Shown one piece after another: positions 27,003 through 34,175 of a DNA stretch of 64,000 bases. The DNA is from an uncultured Thermoleophilaceae bacterium (GTDB lineage Bacteria > Actinomycetota > Thermoleophilia > Solirubrobacterales > JACPNS01), in NCBI GenBank assembly GCA_964597975.1, contig CAZRAA010000001.1:8906-72905 (forward strand), written 5' to 3'. The notes under the pieces are model-generated. The model saw only the letters and a list, made by a program, of their open reading frames with translations. It was not told the origin of the DNA and made no database searches. How positions within the stretch are numbered: position 1 is the first letter of the stretch; every line of letters begins with the position of its first letter. The translations under genes were made by a program, and so were the position numbers.

Positions 27003-27812
27003 TCAGTAGACCTCAGGCACGAAGGTCTGGTCGTCCATCGGAGGCCGGACGTAGCCAGATATATCCGGCCTCGGCGGCAGCGCGATCTTGTCCGGGTGCA
27101 GATTCTTGTAGGGGATCTCGCTAAGCAGATGGCTGATGCAGTTGAGTCGCGCACGGCGCTTGTCGTCGGCTTCGACGACCCACCATGGCGCCTGCTTGAT
27201 GTCGCAGACGGCGAACATCTCATCCTTGGCGCGTGAGTACTCGACCCAGCGGTTGCGTGATTCGACGTCCATCGGTGAGAGCTTCCACTGACGCATCGGA
27301 TCGTCCACACGCGCCTGGAAGCGCCGTTCCTGCTCGTCCGGCGAGACCGAGAACCAATACTTGATCAGCTTGATCCCGCTGCGCACGAGCATGCGCTCGA
27401 ATTCCGGACAACTACGCAGGAACTCCTTGTACTCGTCGTCGGTGCAGAAGCCCATCACGCGCTCGACACCGGCGCGGTTGTACCAGGAGCGGTCAAACAG
27501 CACCATCTCGCCCGCTGCCGGCAGATGTTCGACGTAGCGCTGGAAGTACCACTGCGACTTCTCGCGTTCGGTCGGTGTGCCCAGCGCAACGACGCGGGTG
27601 TGTCGTGGTGAAACGCGCTCGCTGATCCGCTTGATGACGCCGCCTTTGCCGGCCGCATCGCGCCCCTCGAAGATCACCACCACGCGCTGTCCGGTCGAGA
27701 TGATGTAGCGCTGCTGGATCACCAGCTCGCGCTGCAGTCGCTTGAGCTCCTTCTCGAAGTCGTCCTTGCCCATCTTCTGGTTCGGCGCGCGATTGGCTTC
27801 CATGCCCGGCAA
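27003..27812 (-). CDS. ppk2: Polyphosphate kinase 2 (single-domain PPK2)
   Basis: 'VVVIFEGRDAAGKGGVIKRI' (Walker A), 'FDRSWYNRAGVERVMGF', 'KFWFS'-type block 'IKYWFSVSPDEQ'. Confidence 0.9.
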   Translation of the reverse strand: MPGMEANRAPNQKMGKDDFEKELKRLQRELVIQQRYIISTGQRVVVIFEGRDAAGKGGVIKRISERVSPRHTRVVALGTPTEREKSQWYFQRYVEHLPAAGEMVLFDRSWYNRAGVERVMGFCTDDEYKEFLRSCPEFERMLVRSGIKLIKYWFSVSPDEQERRFQARVDDPMRQWKLSPMDVESRNRWVEYSRAKDEMFAVCDIKQAPWWVVEADDKRRARLNCISHLLSEIPYKNLHPDKIALPPRPDISGYVRPPMDDQTFVPEVY

Positions 27813-27952
27813 TCTATCCGCGTCCAGCGTTGGTCAGCCCACGCAGTTGGACAGACTCCCGGCCGATCGATTGGACCGCTGGACAGGACCGGTAGCTGTG
27901 ATTGAGTTGCGGGGCCTCATGTTCCAGCTGGCAGCACGCCGATAGTGAGCAG

Positions 27953-29347
27953 ATGAACGTCGATCAGGATCCCCCGGCTTCCAGCCCGCTCAACTTCCTG
28001 GGAGAGCCCGGCGCGCCGCCGAAGGTGCTGATCCCGGTGGTAGTCGGGACGCGCCCCGAGGCGATCAAGCTTGTCCCGGTGATCGTCGCGCTGCGCGACT
28101 CAGAGAAGTTTCAACCGGTTGTCGTTTCGACCGGCCAGCACCACCACATGGTCGAAGAGATTTTCGAGCAGGCCGGGATCGGCACCCACGTGCACCTCTG
28201 GGCCGGAACCGAGCGCGCCAGCCTGACCGAGCGCGTCACGACCGTGATGCGCCGCTTCAACGATTTTTGCATCGAGTGGTTCGGCGAGCACCCCGGCGAG
28301 GACGCACTGGCCAAGAAGATTCTTTCCGGCGAGTATCCGGCCGCGGTGATCGTGCACGGCGACACGTCGTCGGCGATGTCGGCGGCCCTGGCAAGCTTTC
28401 ACCTACAGATCCCCGTACTGCACGTCGAGGCAGGCCTTCGCACGGGCGGCAGCATCATGAGCCCGTTCCCGGAGGAACTCAATCGCCAAGTGATCACGTG
28501 CATCGCGGCGATGAACTTTGCTCCAACCTTCGAGAACCTCGAAAACCTCGTGCGGGAGAACGTCGAGGTCGGACAGATCTTCGTCACCGGCAATACCGGT
28601 ATCGATGCGCTCCGTTGGGCCGCCACGCTCGAGGCCTCCTACGTCGACCCCGCCGTGGCCGAGCTCGACGCCGGCGACGATCGAATCGTCCTCGTCACCG
28701 CCCACCGGCGTGAAAACTGGGGGTCCGGCTTGGCCGGGATCGCCGACGGCGTCTCGCGGCTCGCCCAGCGTTTTCCCGACGTGCGCTTCGTGGTGCCGCT
28801 GCACCCGAACCCACGCGTTCGCGCCGACCTCGGTGAGCCGCTTGCGGGCCACGAGAATGTGTTGCTGACGGAGCCCCTGGAGTACACATCGTTCGCGCGA
28901 CTGATCGGCCGCAGCTATCTGGTCCTGACCGATTCCGGCGGCATCCAGGAAGAAGCGCCGTCGCTGGACAAGCCCGTGTTGGTGGCGCGCGAGAGCACCG
29001 AGCGCGGCGAGGGAGTCGACGCGGGCACGCTCGTGCTGGTTGGCACCGACCCCGAGGTGATCGAGCGTGAAGCCGCAAAGCTGCTTGAGGACCCGTCGGC
29101 GTACGCCAAGGTCGCCGAGGCGGTCAATCCCTACGGTGACGGCTACGCCGCAGAACGCATCGTCCAGGCGCTCGATTTCACGCTGACCGGCAAGAACCCG
29201 CCGGTGCCGTTCGGTCACGGCTTCTCTCGCCGTGAGATCAGCGCCGCCACCGGGATCACCTTCGGGGACGGCGGATACGAAGTCGTCATGGAGGATGTGC
29301 TGAGCGACGCCCACACTCCGACCGGTGACGATTCGTGGCCGCTCTAG
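27953..29347 (+). CDS. wecB: UDP-N-acetylglucosamine 2-epimerase (non-hydrolysing), with a C-terminal extension of about 55 aa
   Basis: ATG at 27953. 'VVGTRPEAIKLVPV', 'VHGDTSSAMSAALASFHLQIPVLHVEAGLRT', 'LVLTDSGGIQEEAPSLDKPVLVARESTERGEG', 'NPYGDGYAAERIV'. Confidence 0.9.
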   Translation: MNVDQDPPASSPLNFLGEPGAPPKVLIPVVVGTRPEAIKLVPVIVALRDSEKFQPVVVSTGQHHHMVEEIFEQAGIGTHVHLWAGTERASLTERVTTVMRRFNDFCIEWFGEHPGEDALAKKILSGEYPAAVIVHGDTSSAMSAALASFHLQIPVLHVEAGLRTGGSIMSPFPEELNRQVITCIAAMNFAPTFENLENLVRENVEVGQIFVTGNTGIDALRWAATLEASYVDPAVAELDAGDDRIVLVTAHRRENWGSGLAGIADGVSRLAQRFPDVRFVVPLHPNPRVRADLGEPLAGHENVLLTEPLEYTSFARLIGRSYLVLTDSGGIQEEAPSLDKPVLVARESTERGEGVDAGTLVLVGTDPEVIEREAAKLLEDPSAYAKVAEAVNPYGDGYAAERIVQALDFTLTGKNPPVPFGHGFSRREISAATGITFGDGGYEVVMEDVLSDAHTPTGDDSWPL

Positions 29348-30657
29348 CGCTGCAACTTCCATTCGAGGGCATCGACCAGCCATGGCGCACCTTCTTACTG
29401 GTCGCCCTGGTGACGATCGTCCTGATGTTCATCTGGACATTCGTGCTCTTCGTGCGCGGCCAGCGGGCTCGCCGCCACTCGCCGGAGCAAAGCCAGGAGA
29501 TCGCCGACCGCTACACCTGGGTCTTCCTGGTGCCGGCGCTCAACGAGGCGGTGACGATCGCCGACTCGGTCCAACGGCTGATCGACGTTCAGGCACGCGA
29601 CAAGCGGATCATCGTGATCGACGACGGCTCTGACGACGAGACGCCGCAAATCCTCGCCGGCATCGACCACCCCCAGCTCGTCGCCCTGCGTCGGGAGCCG
29701 CCGGAGGCGCAGAAGGGCAAAGCGGCAGCGCTCAACTGGGCCTTCGGGCAACTCGCCGAGCAACTGCAGGGGGTCGACCCTAACCAGGTGATCGTCGCGA
29801 TCGTCGACGCCGACGGCCGACTGCACCCAGACGCCCCGTCCTGGATCGGGCCGCACTTTACGGAAGCCGAGGTCGGCGGCGTGCAGTCTCAGGTCCGCAT
29901 CTACAACCGCCGCAAGCCGCTCGCATGGTTCCAGGACATCGAGTTCGGTGTCTACGGGGCACTCTTCCAGGCCGGACGCAACGCGTGGGGCACTGCCGGG
30001 ATGGGTGGCAACGGGCAGTTCAACCGCTACTCGGCGCTGCTCGAAGTGGTGGATGAGTTCGGCCCCTGGCGCGACAAGCTGACCGAAGACCAGGATCTCG
30101 GCCTGCGGCTGATCGGCGCCGGATGGCTCGGCAGACAGTCGCTCTTCGCCAATGTCGACCAGCAGGGGCTCTCAAGGCTGCGACCGTTGCTGCGCCAACG
30201 GACGCGGTGGTCACAGGGGAACCTCCAGGCGATGTCGCTGATTGGGACGGTGCTGCGCTCACCTCGGCCGCTGATCGCGCGCATCGAATGCGTGATGTAC
30301 ATCCTGATGCCGGTCTGGCAGTCGATCATCGGCCTGGCGATGCTCACCGCGCTCTATCTGCTGATCACAGACCAGGCGGGCATCTACGACACGAACTCCT
30401 GGCAGCAGATCCTGTTCTTCTATCTGCTGGGCTTCGGCGGCGTGATCATGGGTTGCATCGCTGCCGGTGCGGCGCGTGGCCGGAGGGGCTATCTGACCGG
30501 CTTCTTCATCGCCCAGATCTACGCGTTCTACACCTGGCTGATCTGGCCGGTGCTGTTGCGCTCGGTATGGCGCCAGGTCACGGACCAGCGTGGCTGGGCA
30601 AAAACCGAGCGCGAGGCGCTCGATCCCGAGCATGCGCAGCCCGTTGCACGACCGTAA
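29335..30657 (+). CDS. Membrane-embedded processive family-2 glycosyltransferase (PgaC/IcaA/NodC-like synthase)
   Basis: The GTG start overlaps wecB by 13 nt. One N-terminal TM, 'VFLVPALNEAVTI', 'IIVIDDGSDDET', 'VDADGRL' and the Q-x-x-R-W motif 'QRTRWSQG', then several C-terminal TMs. Confidence 0.85.
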   Translation: MAALALQLPFEGIDQPWRTFLLVALVTIVLMFIWTFVLFVRGQRARRHSPEQSQEIADRYTWVFLVPALNEAVTIADSVQRLIDVQARDKRIIVIDDGSDDETPQILAGIDHPQLVALRREPPEAQKGKAAALNWAFGQLAEQLQGVDPNQVIVAIVDADGRLHPDAPSWIGPHFTEAEVGGVQSQVRIYNRRKPLAWFQDIEFGVYGALFQAGRNAWGTAGMGGNGQFNRYSALLEVVDEFGPWRDKLTEDQDLGLRLIGAGWLGRQSLFANVDQQGLSRLRPLLRQRTRWSQGNLQAMSLIGTVLRSPRPLIARIECVMYILMPVWQSIIGLAMLTALYLLITDQAGIYDTNSWQQILFFYLLGFGGVIMGCIAAGAARGRRGYLTGFFIAQIYAFYTWLIWPVLLRSVWRQVTDQRGWAKTEREALDPEHAQPVARP

Positions 30658-30713
30658 CCGCTCGCTCACAATTTTCCCAGCAAACTCACAGGCTTCTGCC
30701 CGATAATTGCTGC

Positions 30714-31436
30714 ATGGAAGAGAACTCCGACACGCAGGGCGCACGCATTCTCGTCGTCGACGACGAGCCCAACATCGTCGATGTGATCTCGATGGCACTG
30801 CGCTACCAGGGCTTCACCGTCGAGACGGCCGACAACGGCATCGACGCGATCACCGCTGTGCACCAGTTCAAGCCACACCTGATGCTGCTGGACATCATGC
30901 TGCCCGACATGGAGGGCTTCGAGGTCGCCGAGCGGCTCGGGGCGAGCCGCAGCCGGACGCCGATCATCTTCCTGACGGCGCGCGACTCGACCGAGGACAA
31001 AGTCCGCGGACTGACGATCGGTGGCGACGACTACGTGACCAAGCCGTTTTCGCTTGAGGAGCTGATCGCACGGGTTCGCCTGATTCTGCGGCGCAGCGGT
31101 CAGGCCTCCGGCGAGGCAGAAGACGTCCTGAAGTTCGAGGACCTTGAGCTCGACGAGGCGACTCGCGAGGTCAGCCGTGCCGGTCGGTCGATCGAGCTGA
31201 CGGCCACTGAATTCCGACTGCTCCACTATTTCATGCTCAATCCGCGTCGTGTGCTGACACGCCAGCAGATCCTCGACCACGTCTGGGAGTACGACTTTGA
31301 TGGGGACGCGCGCGTGCTCGAGACCTACATCAGCTACTTGCGCAAAAAGGTCGACGCTGACGAGGATCCGCTGATCCAGACGGTTCGCGGCATCGGCTAC
31401 GCGCTGCGGCCCAAGGTTGCGGCAGGCAAGGCGTAG
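30714..31436 (+). CDS. OmpR/PhoB-family response regulator
   Basis: 'ILVVDDEPNI', 'LMLLDIMLPDMEG', winged-helix 'LTATEFRLLHYFMLNPRRVLTRQQILDHVWEYDFDGDARVLETYISYLRKK'. Confidence 0.92.
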   Translation: MEENSDTQGARILVVDDEPNIVDVISMALRYQGFTVETADNGIDAITAVHQFKPHLMLLDIMLPDMEGFEVAERLGASRSRTPIIFLTARDSTEDKVRGLTIGGDDYVTKPFSLEELIARVRLILRRSGQASGEAEDVLKFEDLELDEATREVSRAGRSIELTATEFRLLHYFMLNPRRVLTRQQILDHVWEYDFDGDARVLETYISYLRKKVDADEDPLIQTVRGIGYALRPKVAAGKA

Positions 31437-31445
31437 GGAGTCGCG

Positions 31446-32942
31446 ATGCGCTCGCTGCGCGGCCGGCTGGTCGCGATTCTGCTGTTCGTCGCCTTCGCCG
31501 GCCTGTTGGTGCTCGCGGCGGTGACATTTGCGGCGCAGCGCTCGTATCTGTACGACCGTGTCGACCGGCAGGTCGAGAGCGGGTTCGGGCTCGTTCGTGG
31601 GCAGCTCTTTTTCGCGCAGCAGTCGGGCTCAAACAATTGCACCGGGCAGATCCCGGGAGACGAGATCGACGAGGATCACGGGGGCTCTGGCGAAGGTTCT
31701 GGAGGCCGCCAGGGCGGCGGTCCGCTGCCGCCCGGCATCTCACTGCCGCCAGGCACCTACGGGGCTGTGCTCGACTCAAACGGCAACGTGCTGGCAGAGT
31801 GCGTCTTCGGTTTCCGCGAGTCGGGCGAGTACGCACTGCCGCACTTTGAAGATGTGGCGCTACGCGCGCAGCCACACACGGTCCAGTCACGCGGCAAGGA
31901 CACGACCGAGTTCCGCGCGGCCGTGCGGACCCTGCCGGCCGGCGAGCACGTGGTCGTCGCGATCCCGCTTTCGGACACCGAGCAGACGATCAACCGGCTG
32001 CTCGCGGTCGAGGCGATCGTCATCGCGCTGGTCCTCGCCGTGCTGGGCTTCTCGGCCTGGCTGCTCGTCGGGATCGGCCTGCGCCCACTCGACCGCATGG
32101 GAGCGACTGCGGACGCGATCGCCGGCGGCGATCTTTCGCGCCGCGTCGAGCAGGCAGATCAGCGCTCGGAGATCGGCAGGCTCGGCCTCGCGCTTAACCG
32201 CATGCTTCATCGCCTCGAGCAGGCCTTCAAGGAACGCGAAGCCAGCGAGAACCGGCTGCGCCAGTTCCTCGCCGACGCCTCGCACGAACTGCGCACGCCG
32301 CTCGTCTCGATTCGCGGCTACGCCGAGCTGCACCGAATCGGCGCCACCAATGACCCGTCTGAGATCGACCGTTCGATGGACCGCATCGAGCAGGAAGCCG
32401 AGCGCATGGGCGTCCTGGTCGAGGACATGCTGACGCTCGCGCGACTCGACGAGACGCATCAGCACGACCGCTCACGGGTGGAGATCGCCGCGGTCGCCCG
32501 CGACGCGGTGCGCGATGCGCAGGCTGCAGCGCCGGACCGCACGCTGAAGCTCGAAGCAACCGAGGGTCTCGTGGTCGAAGGCGACAGGCACCAGCTCCAG
32601 CAGGTGCTCGCGAACCTCCTGCGCAACGCCACCGTCCACACCCCGGCCGCCAGTCCGATAGACATCACTGTCGCGCGCAGCGGCGACGACGTGCGGATCG
32701 ACGTACGCGATCACGGTCACGGCCTGCCCGATGGCGCGGGTCCGCAGATCTTCGAACGCTTCTGGCGTGCGGAGGCCGGCCGCGAGCGCGGCAAGGCCGG
32801 CTCGGGACTGGGGCTTTCGATCGTCGCGGAGATCGTCGCATCGCACGGCGGCCGGGTGCACGCCAAGAACGCCGACGCGGGCACAGGAGCGATTTTCAGC
32901 GTCTGGCTGCCGCTCGCCGGTCTCAGAGAACTCTCAGACTGA
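31446..32942 (+). CDS. Sensor histidine kinase (2 TM, extracytoplasmic loop, HAMP, HisKA, HATPase_c)
   Basis: H-box 'FLADASHELRTPLVSIRGYAEL', 'LLRNATVHTP', 'GSGLGLSIV'. The sensor loop is about 130 aa with an acidic/Gly-rich stretch. Confidence 0.92.
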   Translation: MRSLRGRLVAILLFVAFAGLLVLAAVTFAAQRSYLYDRVDRQVESGFGLVRGQLFFAQQSGSNNCTGQIPGDEIDEDHGGSGEGSGGRQGGGPLPPGISLPPGTYGAVLDSNGNVLAECVFGFRESGEYALPHFEDVALRAQPHTVQSRGKDTTEFRAAVRTLPAGEHVVVAIPLSDTEQTINRLLAVEAIVIALVLAVLGFSAWLLVGIGLRPLDRMGATADAIAGGDLSRRVEQADQRSEIGRLGLALNRMLHRLEQAFKEREASENRLRQFLADASHELRTPLVSIRGYAELHRIGATNDPSEIDRSMDRIEQEAERMGVLVEDMLTLARLDETHQHDRSRVEIAAVARDAVRDAQAAAPDRTLKLEATEGLVVEGDRHQLQQVLANLLRNATVHTPAASPIDITVARSGDDVRIDVRDHGHGLPDGAGPQIFERFWRAEAGRERGKAGSGLGLSIVAEIVASHGGRVHAKNADAGTGAIFSVWLPLAGLRELSD

Positions 32943-32981
32943 ACCAAGTCCGCTCACAGCGCCGCGGGCGAATCTCGCGGC

Positions 32982-34175
32982 ATGTACCAACCAAAGACAA
33001 GCCCGCTCGACATCGAGATTGTCGTGCCGGTCCACAACGAAGAGCATTCGCTCGCGCCGTCGATCGAACGCCTGCACGCGTATCTCACTGACGGATTCCC
33101 CTTCAGCTGGCGCGTCACGATCGCCGACAACGCCAGCACCGACGCCACGCTCGCGGTCGCGCACAGGCTCGCCGACTCGCTGCCCGGCGTCGAGGTGATG
33201 CATCTCGCGGCCAAGGGCCGCGGCCGCGCGCTGCGGATCGCCTGGAGCGCCAGCCCGGCCAGCGTCGTCGCATACATGGACGTCGACCTTTCGACCGACC
33301 TTGCGGCGCTGCTCCCGCTGGTCGCGCCGCTGCTCTCGGGCCACAGCGAACTTGCGATCGGGACGCGGCTGGCGAGCGGCTCGCGCGTGCGGCGCGGTGC
33401 CAAGCGCGAGTTCATCTCACGCAGCTACAACCGGCTGCTGCGCGCGGGATTGAACGCCCACTTCTCTGACGCACAGTGCGGCTTCAAGGCGGTGCGGGCA
33501 GATGTCGCTCGCGACCTGCTGCCGGAGGTCAAGGATCAGGAGTGGTTCTTCGACACCGAGTTGCTGATCCTCGCCCAGCGCGAGGGACTGCGCATCCACG
33601 AGGTGCCGGTCGACTGGATCGACGACCCGGACTCGCGCGTGGCGATCGTCTCGACCGCCGTCAAGGACTTGCGCGGGATGGCGCGTCTCGCGTGGGAGAG
33701 CAACGTGATCCGCTTCCTCCTGGTGGGGGTCGCATCGACGATTGCCTACGCGGTGTTGTTCCTCGCGCTGCGCGATCCGATCGGTGCGCTGTGGGCCAAC
33801 TTCACCGCGCTCGCCGTCACCGCGCTGGGCAACACGGCGGTCAACCGGCGTTTCACGTTCGGGGTCAGTGGCCGGCATCAGATTCTGCGCCAGTACGCGA
33901 TGGCGATGGGGGTCTTCGTGCTGACGCTTGCGCTGACCAACGGCGTTCTGCTGGCGCTGCATGAGCTGCGACCCAATGCGCCGCGCGGAGTTGAACTTGC
34001 GGTACTCACACTTGCGAACGTGGCGGCCACATTGACGCGGTACGCCGTGCTCCGCTTCCACGTCTTCGCGCACGGCCGACGCGTTCCCCCGCCGCGGCCG
34101 GCGCCGGCGCGGCAAACCTCCTCCCCTGCCGCGCCGGCAGACCTTTCGACCCCAGAAACGGAGAACGTCCAATGA
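32982..34175 (+). CDS. Bifunctional polyprenyl-phosphate glycosyltransferase (GT2, Dpm1/ArnC/GtrB-like) fused to a GtrA-like 4-TM domain
   Basis: 'IEIVVPVHNEEHSL', 'TIADNASTDAT', 'MDVDLSTD', 'DAQCGFKAV', then 'IRFLLVGVASTIAYAVLFLAL...NRRFTF' (GtrA-like). Confidence 0.88.
   Translation: MYQPKTSPLDIEIVVPVHNEEHSLAPSIERLHAYLTDGFPFSWRVTIADNASTDATLAVAHRLADSLPGVEVMHLAAKGRGRALRIAWSASPASVVAYMDVDLSTDLAALLPLVAPLLSGHSELAIGTRLASGSRVRRGAKREFISRSYNRLLRAGLNAHFSDAQCGFKAVRADVARDLLPEVKDQEWFFDTELLILAQREGLRIHEVPVDWIDDPDSRVAIVSTAVKDLRGMARLAWESNVIRFLLVGVASTIAYAVLFLALRDPIGALWANFTALAVTALGNTAVNRRFTFGVSGRHQILRQYAMAMGVFVLTLALTNGVLLALHELRPNAPRGVELAVLTLANVAATLTRYAVLRFHVFAHGRRVPPPRPAPARQTSSPAAPADLSTPETENVQ

Noticed and set aside
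25929-27812. PLD protein plus PPK2 as an anti-phage defence pair
   Set aside because: The two genes are convergent, so they are not an operon. PPK2 is a common housekeeping enzyme. The PLD is coupled to a membrane protein rather than to helicase, ATPase or nuclease partners typical of defence systems. There is no supporting context such as RM, TA or integrase genes.
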